Shown: positions 37,856-47,619, numbered from the stretch's first letter. The stretch: DNA of 64,000 nucleotides from Actinomycetes bacterium (GCA_023251915.1 JAHEXW010000003.1:11033-75032), one strand, 5' to 3'. Program-made: numbers and translations. Notes: a model not told the origin generated them from the sequence alone.

Positions 37856-38593
37856 TTATCGTCCCAATAGGTTAAATGCCGTGTAAATCAAGCCGGTGCA
37901 GAACAGACCGGACAGCATTCCGATAAAATGCCACTTGATGTCATTGGGCGAGTTCTTGTCATTTAACCCCAGGATGAAAGGCAGATAGAATAACAAGAAG
38001 CCGGCCGCCGCCGCATAGGTAAAGGGAACAAACACGTCTAGCGACCCCAGCGACGGCATATTGAAACCGATTAAGGCCGGCACCACGGTGGTCGCGCCCA
38101 GGGCGGTGACCAGGTACCAGCTCGGCCGGGCATTTAGTAAGAGCGCGCCGATTGCCAGGCCTTCCAAGAGGAATATCAATGCGAGCAAAAGCGCTGGACC
38201 AATCGTAACGTTCAAGATTCCGCTCGCAACTTCATTGCTTGACGTAAGCGCGAAACCCAGATTGAACAGGCCGAGCGCAACAGCGAGAATGACGGAACGC
38301 CGGCGTTCTCCTACGACGAAAATCATAACCAGAGGGCTCACAAAGATGGCGAGCAATGCGACGACCGTAAAGACCCAGGGATTGGCAAAGATACCGCCGG
38401 CGAAAGTGTTGGCTTGGAACAACTCTGCCATCCGTCCAAGGACTCCCGAAACCATTGAAATGATAAAGAACAACACGGTGCCTGCGGCAAAGGCGTTTAT
38501 GACCAGCACGATACGTTTGGGAAGGTCTTGGGCGAGATAGACGGCCAATCCTATGAAAATGGCGATGACTGTCAACTGGGCAACTGGGTTCAT
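37856..38593 (-). CDS. Divergent ZIP/GufA-like membrane transporter
   Basis: ~8 TM; AFAAGTVLF, LLEGLAIGA, AAAGFLLF; canonical His/Asn metal ligands not evident; TATGCT 6 nt before ATG. Confidence 0.55.
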   Translation of the reverse strand: MNPVAQLTVIAIFIGLAVYLAQDLPKRIVLVINAFAAGTVLFFIISMVSGVLGRMAELFQANTFAGGIFANPWVFTVVALLAIFVSPLVMIFVVGERRRSVILAVALGLFNLGFALTSSNEVASGILNVTIGPALLLALIFLLEGLAIGALLLNARPSWYLVTALGATTVVPALIGFNMPSLGSLDVFVPFTYAAAAGFLLFYLPFILGLNDKNSPNDIKWHFIGMLSGLFCTGLIYTAFNLLGR

Positions 38594-38688
38594 AGACACA
38601 GCATAATCTCGCCAAGTTCATAGCGTCAAGGCGGCCGCTCGTGCTAAAATCTTCGTTACACGTGTTACTAAAAGGAGGGCTTGCGCCA

Positions 38689-38934
38689 ATGTGTCTTGGA
38701 GTGCCAGGTAAGGTCATCGCGGTTAAAGACGACTGGATTGCCGAAGTAGATATTAGCGGCGTGGTTATTGACGTCGGTCTGCAGTTCACCCCCGAAGCCA
38801 AGGTGGGCGACTATGTTTTGGTCCACACCGGCTACGCGATGCATGTCATGGACGAGGCCGAGGCCATGGAAACCCTAAAGCTGCTTGAGGAAATGGGTGC
38901 GGCGGCGGAATTGCCTGATGGTCAAATATCTTAG
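38689..38934 (+). CDS. hypC: Hydrogenase maturation chaperone HypC
   Basis: MCLGVPGKV, VGDYVLVHTGYAM; AGGAGG RBS. Confidence 0.96.
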   Translation: MCLGVPGKVIAVKDDWIAEVDISGVVIDVGLQFTPEAKVGDYVLVHTGYAMHVMDEAEAMETLKLLEEMGAAAELPDGQIS

Positions 38935-40024
38935 CGAGTTTCGCAACCCCGAACTTGCCGCCGGAATTCTCAGGCGCCTAGAGAAGGTTTCCACCCGCCC
39001 GGTTAGCTTCATGGAAGTGTGCGGTACGCATACCGTCTCCATCAGCAAGAACGGCCTCCGGCAGGCAGTTCCCGACAACATTCGCTTACTCTCCGGTCCC
39101 GGTTGCCCGGTCTGCGTGACAGCCAACGCCGATATTGACAGGATGATTGCGATAGCCGCGCAACCCGACGTTATTTTGACGACCTTCGGGGACATGATCA
39201 AGGTTCCCGGATCCTACTCATCACTCGCTAAAGAGAAGGCGGCGGGGTCGGACATCCGAATCGTCTATTCAACAAGAGACGCCGTGAAGCTGGCCCAAGA
39301 CAACCCCGACAAGCGCGTTGTCTTCTATGGTGTCGGTTTCGAGACCACGACGCCGACAGTGGCCATGTCTATACTCGACGCGCGGCAGAAGAACGTTGCC
39401 AACTACAGTGTTCTCTCAGTCCATAAGGTTGTTCCGCCGGCTATGAAGGCGCTCCTTGATTTGGGCGAGGTTACTCTGGACGGGTTCATTTGCCCGGGTC
39501 ACGTGTCTGTTGTAATCGGAACGCGGCCTTACGAGTTTATTCCCAAAGACTATGGGATCCCTTGTGTTGTCACCGGTTTTGAGCCTCTCGATATTCTGGA
39601 AGGTGTATTAATGCTGGTCGAACAGGTCGAACGGGGCGAAGCCAAGGTGGAAAACGCATACAAGCGGTTGGTTACAACCGACGGCAATAAGATCGCCATG
39701 GAGACGATCCACAGGGTGTTTGAACCTGGAGACGCCGACTGGCGAGGGATCGGCGTTATTCCGGGCAGCGGCCTGAATATCCGGCAAGAATTTGCCGACT
39801 TCGACGCGGCCCGCTTGTTCGCCGGGGTCGAGGTGCCGCCCGTCAAAGAGCACAAAGGCTGCCGCTGCGGTGAAGTGCTGCGCGGCGTTATCTATCCGTA
39901 CGATTGCGGTCTCTTCGGCAAGGCCTGCGTTCCCGAACATCCCATCGGACCGTGTATGGTGTCGGGAGAGGGCAGCTGTGCCGCCTACTATCGCTACGAC
40001 GAGAAACCAAGGACTGGTGCTTGA
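38918..40024 (+). CDS. hypD: Hydrogenase maturation protein HypD
   Basis: MEVCGTHT, GPGCPVCV, GFETT, PGHVS, CRCGEVLRG, PIGPCMVSGEGSCAAYY. Confidence 0.97.
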   Translation: MVKYLSEFRNPELAAGILRRLEKVSTRPVSFMEVCGTHTVSISKNGLRQAVPDNIRLLSGPGCPVCVTANADIDRMIAIAAQPDVILTTFGDMIKVPGSYSSLAKEKAAGSDIRIVYSTRDAVKLAQDNPDKRVVFYGVGFETTTPTVAMSILDARQKNVANYSVLSVHKVVPPAMKALLDLGEVTLDGFICPGHVSVVIGTRPYEFIPKDYGIPCVVTGFEPLDILEGVLMLVEQVERGEAKVENAYKRLVTTDGNKIAMETIHRVFEPGDADWRGIGVIPGSGLNIRQEFADFDAARLFAGVEVPPVKEHKGCRCGEVLRGVIYPYDCGLFGKACVPEHPIGPCMVSGEGSCAAYYRYDEKPRTGA

Positions 40025-40025
40025 T

Positions 40026-41039
40026 ATGGCTGACGATAGGGTTCTGCTGGCGCACGGAAGCGGCGGGAAGGTCTCGCATCGTTTGATTGACGAGGTCTTC
40101 ATGAAGGTCTTCACCGATCCCGTTCTAAACCGCCAGGATGATGCGGCGGTTGTGCCGGGCGGCGAACAGCTGGCCTTCACGACCGACTCCTACGTCGTCA
40201 AGCCCATATTCTTTCCCGGCGGCGACATCGGGAAGCTGGCGGTTTGCGGCACAGTGAACGATCTATCAATGAGCGGCGCCGTTCCGAAATACATCAGCGC
40301 GGCTTTTGTGATCGAAGAAGGCTTCGCCTTTGCGGAACTATATAGAGTGGTCGAATCGATGGCGGCCGCGGCCGATGAAGCCGGCGTGGCCATTGTCACC
40401 GGTGACACGAAAGTCGTCGAACGCGGGAGCGCCGACCAGATATTCATAAATACCGCGGGCGTCGGTATCATGCGACCCGGCGCAGACATCGCTGCCGCCA
40501 ACCTTCGTCCCGGCGACGCGGTGATTATCTCCGGCAGTATTGGTGACCACGGAGTCGCGGTTATGTCGACTCGAGAAGGGTTGTCATTCCGGACGGCGAT
40601 CGAGAGTGATTGCGCCCCGTTGAACGGCTTAATCGCCGCGGTGATCGACAGCGGTGCGGACGTACATGCTCTGCGTGATCCCACCAGAGGCGGTTTGGCC
40701 AGCACGCTGAATGAGTTCGCGGCCCAGTCCGGCGTTGTCGTCGCCATCGATGAAACGCAGGTGTTGGTTGCCGACCAGGTCGCTGGCGCGTGTGAGATGC
40801 TGGGACTCGACCCGTACCAGGTCGCCAACGAAGGCAAGGTTGTTGCGGTCGTCGCGGCGGCGGACGCTGACAAAGCCGTGGCCGCCATGCGCACCTCGCC
40901 ATATGGTCGGGAGGCGCGAATCATCGGTATTGTGGCCGAGGCGCCTGACGGCAAGCCTCGTGTCACGTTGAAAACAACCGTCGGCACAACGAGAATTCTG
41001 GACATGCTGGTCGGAGAACAGCTGCCGCGCATCTGTTAG
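40026..41039 (+). CDS. hypE: Hydrogenase maturation protein HypE
   Basis: AHGSGG, FTTDSYVV, GGDIGKLAVCGTVND, TGDTKVV, RDPTRGG, ANEG, C-terminal PRIC. Confidence 0.97.
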   Translation: MADDRVLLAHGSGGKVSHRLIDEVFMKVFTDPVLNRQDDAAVVPGGEQLAFTTDSYVVKPIFFPGGDIGKLAVCGTVNDLSMSGAVPKYISAAFVIEEGFAFAELYRVVESMAAAADEAGVAIVTGDTKVVERGSADQIFINTAGVGIMRPGADIAAANLRPGDAVIISGSIGDHGVAVMSTREGLSFRTAIESDCAPLNGLIAAVIDSGADVHALRDPTRGGLASTLNEFAAQSGVVVAIDETQVLVADQVAGACEMLGLDPYQVANEGKVVAVVAAADADKAVAAMRTSPYGREARIIGIVAEAPDGKPRVTLKTTVGTTRILDMLVGEQLPRIC

Positions 41040-41172
41040 CAGGCTCCGACACCCCAATATCGGTCGAAACATCTCGCGAAACTAACCCAATTAGGTGGAT
41101 ACAACCGCTAAACGTGTGTTATCCTAACCAAAACACCCCTATTAACGCCGCGAAAGACATGGAGGTGGGCTA

Positions 41173-43569
41173 ATGACAGCCCAAGAAGACCTAGAAGAGG
41201 TCAAAATCAATGAAGAACTACCCGTTATACCCCTCAAAGAACTAGTAATCTTTCCCTATCTTGTAGTACCGTTGCTCGTCGGTCGACCCAAATCAGTCGA
41301 GGCTTTGGAAGAGGCAATGCGTACCGACCACGTGGTTTTTTTGGTCGCCCAGAAACAGCAGGTCGCCGAGGAAGAGGATCCAAACCCAGACGACATATTC
41401 GAGGTCGGTACCGCCGCGACCGTGCTGCAGGTCTTGCGCCTGCCAGACGGCACGGCGCGCGCGCTGGTGGAAGGCCTGGCCCGCGGGCGCATCGTAGAGT
41501 TTACTCAGACGGAGGCTTTTCTCAAGGCACGAGTCGAGCAGATGACCCCGCCGGTTGAGCGGCGCAAAGAGAAGACCATAGAGCTTGAGGCGCTGATGCG
41601 CAACGCGGTGAATGAGTTTGAGCACGCCGCGCAACTGGGCAAGCCGATACCGAGCGAAGTCATCGTGGCCGCTCTCAACTTAGACGAGCCCGGCCGCCTG
41701 GCCGACTTCATAGCGTTCCACCTATCCCTTAAGACCAGCGAGAGGCAAGAGATTCTGGAAGCCGGTGACCCGGCGGAACGGTTGGAAAAGGTCGTCGATT
41801 TCCTATCGCGCGAAATCGAGATTCTCGAGGTCGGCGGCAAGATTCGCAACAAGGTAGAGGAACGGTTAGGCAAAACCCAAAGAGAATATTTCCTGCGTGA
41901 GCAGATGAAAGCCATCGAGGAAGAGCTGGGCGGCGAGGGCGGTTTGTCTGAAACCGACGAGCTGTCTCAGAAAGTAGAAGAGGCCGGCCTGCCTGACGAG
42001 GCCAGAGAGAAAGCGCTCAAGGAAATCGACCGACTGAGCAAGATGAGCCCGGTTTCGGCCGAAGCGCCGGTTATTCGCACCTATCTCGATTGGTTGATCG
42101 GCTTACCCTGGAAGAAGAGCAGCAAAGAGAAACTAAACATCAAACGGGCGGAAACCATCTTAAACGAAGACCATTATGGTTTGAATATGGTCAAGGAGCG
42201 CGTGCTTGAGTTTCTCGCCGTTCACCAGCTGAGCAAGCACACCAAAGGACCGATATTGTGTTTTGTCGGTCCGCCCGGAGTCGGCAAAACATCCATCGGC
42301 AAATCCATTGCCCGCTCACTCGGCCGCAAATTTATTCGCATGTCCCTGGGCGGCGTTCGGGACGAAGCTGAGATCCGCGGTCACCGCCGGACCTATGTCG
42401 GAGCGTTGCCTGGCCGCATCATTCAAAACATCCACCAAGTAGGTACGAAGAACCCGGTCTTCATGTTGGACGAGATAGACAAGGTCGGCGCCGATTTCCG
42501 GGGTGATCCGACGGCCGCTCTGCTGGAGGCGCTTGATCCGGAACAGAACAACGCTTTTGGCGATCATTATCTGGAAGTCCCGTTTGACCTGTCGGACGTG
42601 ATGTTTATCACTACGGCCAACATGCTGGACACGATTCCGCCGGCGTTGCGCGACCGGATGGAAGTCATCTCTTTCCCCGGTTACACCGACGACGAGAAGC
42701 TCAACATCGCGGACAAGTTCCTCGTGCCAAAACAGCTAAAGGAGCATGGCATCAAGGGCGCGCGGCTGTCGATTAGCAAGGATGCCCTGACCGAGGTTGT
42801 CCGGGAGTATACGCGCGAAGCCGGAGTCCGCAACCTGGAGCGTGAGATCGCGACCGTTTGCCGTAAGGTGGCCCGCCAAATCGTCGAGGGCAAGAAACGA
42901 AACGTTCGCGTGACCAAAAAGAACCTGGGTAAGTTTCTCGGAGTGCCGCGGTTTACCTACGGTATGGCCGAGGAAAAAGACCAGGTCGGCGTGGCCACAG
43001 CTTTGGCTTGGACAGAGGTGGGCGGCGACATCCTGTCGGTTGAGGCGACCATTATGAAGGGCCGCGGTAATCTGACACTAACCGGCCAGCTGGGCGATGT
43101 AATGCAGGAAAGCGCGCAGGCCGCCTTGAGCTATACGCGGGCCAACGCGGAGAAACTGAAAATATCCCAGAAATATTTCAAGGACTACGATATGCACATC
43201 CACGTTCCGGCCGGGGCGATTCCCAAAGACGGCCCGTCGGCGGGCATCACCATTGCTACAGCGATGATCTCCGCTTTAACGGGACGGCCGATACATAAAG
43301 AGGTCGCCATGACAGGTGAGATCACCCTGCGCGGCCGCGTGCTCGGCATCGGCGGGATCAAGGAAAAAGCGTTGGCGGCGCACCGAGCCGGCATTAAGCA
43401 GATCGTGTTACCGGCTGAGAACAGGAAGGATCTGGAGGAAATCCCCAGCCACGTGCAAAAGGACGTCAAGTTCTCTTTTGTGGAGACGATGGACGAAGTC
43501 ATCGACCTGGCCTTGGACGCACCAGTTGTCGAGAAATCTATACCGGTCACAAAGACTGAAACGAAATAG
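41173..43569 (+). CDS. lon: ATP-dependent Lon protease
   Basis: LPVIPL N-domain, [44 protein letters not shown]. Confidence 0.98.
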   Translation: MTAQEDLEEVKINEELPVIPLKELVIFPYLVVPLLVGRPKSVEALEEAMRTDHVVFLVAQKQQVAEEEDPNPDDIFEVGTAATVLQVLRLPDGTARALVEGLARGRIVEFTQTEAFLKARVEQMTPPVERRKEKTIELEALMRNAVNEFEHAAQLGKPIPSEVIVAALNLDEPGRLADFIAFHLSLKTSERQEILEAGDPAERLEKVVDFLSREIEILEVGGKIRNKVEERLGKTQREYFLREQMKAIEEELGGEGGLSETDELSQKVEEAGLPDEAREKALKEIDRLSKMSPVSAEAPVIRTYLDWLIGLPWKKSSKEKLNIKRAETILNEDHYGLNMVKERVLEFLAVHQLSKHTKGPILCFVGPPGVGKTSIGKSIARSLGRKFIRMSLGGVRDEAEIRGHRRTYVGALPGRIIQNIHQVGTKNPVFMLDEIDKVGADFRGDPTAALLEALDPEQNNAFGDHYLEVPFDLSDVMFITTANMLDTIPPALRDRMEVISFPGYTDDEKLNIADKFLVPKQLKEHGIKGARLSISKDALTEVVREYTREAGVRNLEREIATVCRKVARQIVEGKKRNVRVTKKNLGKFLGVPRFTYGMAEEKDQVGVATALAWTEVGGDILSVEATIMKGRGNLTLTGQLGDVMQESAQAALSYTRANAEKLKISQKYFKDYDMHIHVPAGAIPKDGPSAGITIATAMISALTGRPIHKEVAMTGEITLRGRVLGIGGIKEKALAAHRAGIKQIVLPAENRKDLEEIPSHVQKDVKFSFVETMDEVIDLALDAPVVEKSIPVTKTETK

Positions 43570-43571
43570 AT

Positions 43572-43597
43572 GTAGTTGCCGGTCTTTAGACCGGCAA
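43572..43597 (+). repeat. Single GTAG-family REP
   Basis: GTAG-TTGCCGGTCT-TT-AGACCGGCAA; near-identical to the copy at 10183-10209. Confidence 0.7.
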
Positions 43598-43653
43598 CAG
43601 CTTGGTGCATTTAGCATCTGATATAATCAGTTACCTAGTCGAAGTGAGATTAA

Positions 43654-43711
<58 letters not shown>

Positions 43712-43729
<18 letters not shown>

Positions 43730-43960
43730 AAAACAAATGATCTTAGACCCGGCCAACCGGGCGGGTTTTTGTTTTGGAAATATTTCGAAGGGTCTCGAAC
43801 CCGAGGGGGATTCTTAAAGGGGGAGAGGCTCCCCCTTTAATCTAAAGTTTAAGGAAGGGGGAACTCAAGGGGGAAACCTTTGGTTGCCCCTGTGAGGAGG
43901 ACGGACAGCTGGGTGGCCGCCCGACCGTTCGATGACCCGTTTCCCGCTCCAAAAACAAAT
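43712..43960 (+). mobile_element. ~222-bp att-like mini-element at the tRNA-Gly 3' end (remnant or non-autonomous)
   Basis: 27-bp exact direct repeat GACCCGTTTCCCGCTCCAAAAACAAAT at 43712-38 and 43934-60; inverted T-arm copy at 43790-803; 12-bp-arm hairpin at 43814-40; no ORF. Confidence 0.6.
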
Positions 43961-44192
43961 AACCACAACCCTTGAACTCAGGACGCTAATCGGCGGGTTG
44001 TCCGCTTGTGATTGTTGTTACAAAATTGACTTAAGGGCCGAAATCCTATTGAATATACCCATACAGCGCTACCAAGTAATTCTCCCCATTTCTTGAATTT
44101 GCGTAATATTTCGCAATCTATCTGCCGATACTCTCTTTGGGTGTCCTAATAGATAGATTCGTTTTGATTGGGAGGAGACACAGGGAACAAGC

Positions 44193-46055
44193 ATGACAAG
44201 TGAGAGGTCGATGATTAAAATCAGATGGCTGGCTCTGGCGTCGGCTCTAGCGTTCTTCGCGATAATGAATGTCGCGCAGTTGCGCGGCTTGCTCGTGCTC
44301 GTCGCCGTGGGCGTCGTCTATAACCTTCTGCTGTCCTCGGTGCACGGCGCTGACGTTCCGGAGAAGCTGAAAGGCCTGTCGACGTTTGTTGATCTGACGG
44401 GCCTTGCCTTGATCATCTATTTCACCGGCGGAGCCAACAGCGTCTTCGTTCTGTTTCTGGCGATATATCTCTTTGCCGTGGCTGTCCGTCACGGCGTTGG
44501 CGTGGGCCTAGCGACGGCTTTGCTGTCTTGCGCCGCGCTCTCCTACTACTATTTCTCTGATCCTTCATCTGCGACCCAATCGCTGGTCCTGACCCGCGCC
44601 GTGCTGTTCGTCTTGGCGCCTCTAGGGGCATTCTTATTGCGGACACCGCACCACGCGGACTCGCCGCGTCCGGTAGACCCAATCATTCAGACGGTGCCGG
44701 TTACTTTGCCTGACCCGGTTGAGACGATCGCTCCGGCTCCGCAGGCTGTAGTTGAAGTTCCGGCGCCTGTAGTAGTCGCGCCGCCCGTGATCCAGGCGCC
44801 CGCGCCGGAACCCGCGCCGGTTATTGAACCGCCGGCTCCGCCCGAGGTTAAGGCTCCTGTTGTCGAAGCACCTGTGGCTCACGGTCCTGTTGCGCGGCCC
44901 GCGGCAAGCCACCCGCTGAAGGAAGATAAACCGGCAAAGATAGCCACCGAACGGGGCAGCTTGGCCGATGAGGTCGCGAAAGCTGGCGAGTCGTCAACCT
45001 ATATGCCGGCGTACGAGGCGCGCGCTCTAAAAGAGAAGGTCACCGAACTGGCTATCTTGCATGAGGCTAGCAAAACCTTAGGGGCGACGCTGGTCCTTGA
45101 AGAGGTCGTCGACGCAATTGTTGATATTACAGCTAAGGGCCTGTTGGCCGACATCGCCGGGGCGCTGATTTATGACGACAAGACGGGTTTGATGACCGTC
45201 GCCGGGTTGCGCGGTTTTACGGCCGAGGAGCGGGAGGTTATCAATAGCACGGCGTTTGCGCCGGGAGAAGGCATATTGGGCGAGGCTTTCTCCAAGAAGA
45301 AAACCTTTAATGTCTCCGACCTGAGCGCCGAACGGCCGGGTTCCAGCCCGTTTAACGGCCGCATCAAGTCATTCTTGGTAACGCCCCTGGCAACGGACGG
45401 TTTTGACGTCGGCGTCCTGTTCTTAGGCAAATACATGCGCGAGCCTTTTAGCTTATCGAGCGAGGAATTCCTCGAGACCATGGCCGGGCAAGCGGCTATC
45501 GCTGTCGAGAACGCCCGGTTATACACACAAGCCCAGGAATTGGCGATCCACGACGGATTGACCGGTATCTATAACTATCGCTATCTAATGAAACAACTGG
45601 AAGAGGAGATCAAGCGGGCGGAACGTTACGGGCGGTCTCTCTCGGTCGCGATGATCGACGTCGACCTGTTCAAACACGTTAACGATACCCATGGCCATCA
45701 GCGCGGCGATGACGTCCTGCGCGGCCTGGTGCAGACCTTGACAACGAATACGCGCGAGACTGATATCGTCGCCAGGTACGGCGGGGAAGAATTCGCGGTA
45801 GTCTTGCCGGAAACCGATCTGGCCGACGCGTTGGACGTGGCCGAAAAGCTGCGCGAGGCGGTGGCCAAGGCCAGCTACGCCAGAGAAAAAGGCAGCTCCA
45901 TTAAGATTACGATCAGCCTAGGAGTCGCGACCTATCCGGCGCTGGCCAGCAACCAGGAAGACCTACTGCGGCGGGCCGACGACGCACTCTATGCCGCCAA
46001 AACCAAGCGCAATGTGGTCGTCAGCGCTGGCTCCGACAAAAGCACACTCTCCTAG
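44193..46055 (+). CDS. Membrane-anchored GAF-GGDEF diguanylate cyclase
   Basis: N-terminal TMs, Pro/Ala/Val-rich linker, GAF (AAIAVENARLY), DGLTG, RETD I-site, GGEEF. Confidence 0.93.
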   Translation: MTSERSMIKIRWLALASALAFFAIMNVAQLRGLLVLVAVGVVYNLLLSSVHGADVPEKLKGLSTFVDLTGLALIIYFTGGANSVFVLFLAIYLFAVAVRHGVGVGLATALLSCAALSYYYFSDPSSATQSLVLTRAVLFVLAPLGAFLLRTPHHADSPRPVDPIIQTVPVTLPDPVETIAPAPQAVVEVPAPVVVAPPVIQAPAPEPAPVIEPPAPPEVKAPVVEAPVAHGPVARPAASHPLKEDKPAKIATERGSLADEVAKAGESSTYMPAYEARALKEKVTELAILHEASKTLGATLVLEEVVDAIVDITAKGLLADIAGALIYDDKTGLMTVAGLRGFTAEEREVINSTAFAPGEGILGEAFSKKKTFNVSDLSAERPGSSPFNGRIKSFLVTPLATDGFDVGVLFLGKYMREPFSLSSEEFLETMAGQAAIAVENARLYTQAQELAIHDGLTGIYNYRYLMKQLEEEIKRAERYGRSLSVAMIDVDLFKHVNDTHGHQRGDDVLRGLVQTLTTNTRETDIVARYGGEEFAVVLPETDLADALDVAEKLREAVAKASYAREKGSSIKITISLGVATYPALASNQEDLLRRADDALYAAKTKRNVVVSAGSDKSTLS

Positions 46056-46066
46056 CGTAACGTCAT

Positions 46067-46096
46067 TTGACCACGTCACTCGGGCACCCGTATAAT
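46067..46096 (+). promoter_or_regulatory. Promoter of tRNA-Pro
   Basis: TTGACC, 18 nt, TATAAT, 22 nt upstream of the tRNA. Confidence 0.65.
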
Positions 46097-46118
46097 TAGG
46101 GCTGCACGCAAGGTAAAT

Positions 46119-46196
46119 CGGGATGTAGCGCAGCTTGGTTAGCGCGCCACGTTCGGGACGTGGAGGTCGCCGGTTCGAATCCGGCCATCCCGACCA
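46119..46196 (+). tRNA. tRNA-Pro(CGG)
   Basis: CGGGATGTAGCGCAGCTTGGTTAGCGCGCCACGTT-CGG-GACGTGGAGGTCGCCGGTTCGAATCCGGCCATCCCGACCA. Confidence 0.97.
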
Positions 46197-46306
46197 TCTT
46201 TCGCTGTGGCGTCGGACAAAAGTCGTCCTTCCCGAAAGCTACAGATGGCAGGCCATTTCTTGGCTTTATGATTAACGCGTGGCCATCCTTCCACTTCGGA
46301 GGCCCC

Positions 46307-46993
46307 TTGATCCACTACATCGTAAATTGGCTGGGCTTCGCGGTCTGTCATCAACTTCCGGAACGCACTTTACATTATGGCCTCGCCGCATTGCCAACCT
46401 GCGCCCGTTGTTCGGGTATCTATGTCGGTTTGCTGGCCGGGTTCGTCTATCTGGTGGCCGCCAACCGGAAACATGAAAGCGGGTTTCCGCCCTGGTGGGC
46501 ACTGGCCTTCGGCGCCGTTGGCCTAGGGTTGATGGGTTTGGACGGGGTCAGCTCGTATGCCGGATGGCGCCCGACATCAAATGAGCTAAGGTTGATCACC
46601 GGCTTACTGGCCGGGTCTGCGCTGCCGCTCGTTCTGGTGCCGATGTTTAATTTCCAGGCCTGGCAAGACGCCTCGGAAGACCGGATCATCAAAGGCTGGG
46701 CCGATTTCGGTTTATATTGCTTGGTAATCGTTGCGGCGTTCCTGGCCTTCCAGTACCGGCCCGGTTGGCTGTATTGGCCATTCTATTTGATAAACGGCGG
46801 CGCAATCGTTCTCGCGTTCGTCTACACAAATGCGATCCTAGTCGTGCTCTTGCCGTGGTGGAGCCAGAAGGCGGTTAAAGTGCGCGACCTAGCGGTGCCT
46901 CTGCTTATCGCAGGCGTAATGGGATTCGGCGAACTGGCGGCCAGCTACTGGTTACACGCGCTCGTTTTGGCTAAACTGGGACAAATAGGGTAA
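46307..46993 (+). CDS. DUF2085 membrane protein (start uncertain: TTG 46307 or ATG 46268)
   Basis: VCHQLPER, PTCARCSGIY, LDGVS, RLITG; GGAGG just upstream of TTG. Confidence 0.8.
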   Translation: MIHYIVNWLGFAVCHQLPERTLHYGLAALPTCARCSGIYVGLLAGFVYLVAANRKHESGFPPWWALAFGAVGLGLMGLDGVSSYAGWRPTSNELRLITGLLAGSALPLVLVPMFNFQAWQDASEDRIIKGWADFGLYCLVIVAAFLAFQYRPGWLYWPFYLINGGAIVLAFVYTNAILVVLLPWWSQKAVKVRDLAVPLLIAGVMGFGELAASYWLHALVLAKLGQIG

Positions 46994-47103
46994 AGAGGGA
47001 TTATAAGGATTACGGGATTACAAAGACGACATGGGCGTAAGACCCAATTTGAAATGTAGTCGCCGCGTCTTCAGACCGGCGACCGCTTGGAAGGAGCGCA
47101 AGG

Positions 47104-47487
47104 ATGGCTAAGAAGAAAGCGGAAGACAAGGATAAGGCACCGAAGAGGCAACCTGATACTTCAGTTGAGCCGGACAAGACAACCGCTGAGCAGCCGGAGA
47201 TGTCGGAGGAAGAGGCGTTGCGGGAACTGCAGGACGCGATTGACCGGATGCCGGTCCGCGACATGATTGTCAACATGATGATGAGCCTGGCCTCGACCGC
47301 TTACAAAAAACTCGGCCTGCCCGAAGAGACGAACGGTAAACATAAGGATCCAACCCAGGCCAAACAGGCCATCGACGCTCTGGATGCTCTGGTTAACTGC
47401 ATCGGTCCGGACATGGAACCCCGCGACGCGGAATCGTTTCGCCAAACCGTCGCGAACCTAAAGATGGCCTACGTCCAACAGAGCTAA
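47104..47487 (+). CDS. DUF1844-family protein
   Basis: AYKKLG, D..QAKQAIDAL, LKMAYV. Confidence 0.75.
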   Translation: MAKKKAEDKDKAPKRQPDTSVEPDKTTAEQPEMSEEEALRELQDAIDRMPVRDMIVNMMMSLASTAYKKLGLPEETNGKHKDPTQAKQAIDALDALVNCIGPDMEPRDAESFRQTVANLKMAYVQQS

Positions 47488-47574
47488 GAGTACGAAGAGT
47501 GTAAAGAGCACGAAGATGACGTGGGCGTAAACCCAGAAACGTTATCCTGGGTTCCAAGGTTGGCTTTTGCAGCG

Positions 47575-47612
47575 GCGCTTTAGTGCGTTACCGCGGTAAA
47601 GCGCTAAAGCGC
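47575..47612. terminator. Hairpin between convergent DUF1844 and sbcC
   Basis: GCGCTTTAGTGCGTTACC-GC-GGTAAAGCGCTAAAGCGC imperfect inverted repeat. Confidence 0.55.
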
Positions 47613-47619
47613 TCTCAAA

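Noticed and set aside
41040-41172. CIRCE/HAIR heat-shock operator upstream of lon
   Set aside because: No TTAGCACTC-N9-GAGTGCTAA or CTTGAGT-N7-ACTCAAG match.
43961-44192. c-di-GMP or other riboswitch upstream of the GGDEF gene
   Set aside because: I could not find the GEMM conserved elements or any other recognisable aptamer.
46197-46260. Mini-element at tRNA-Pro like those at Arg and Gly
   Set aside because: Only a weak hairpin involving the CCA end; no 3'-end duplication or inverted T-arm copy found.
47016-47030. GATTACAAAGACGAC reads DYKDD, like the start of a FLAG tag
   Set aside because: It is one member of the native 9-nt periodic repeat family, is intergenic and does not continue as DDDK; not vector contamination.
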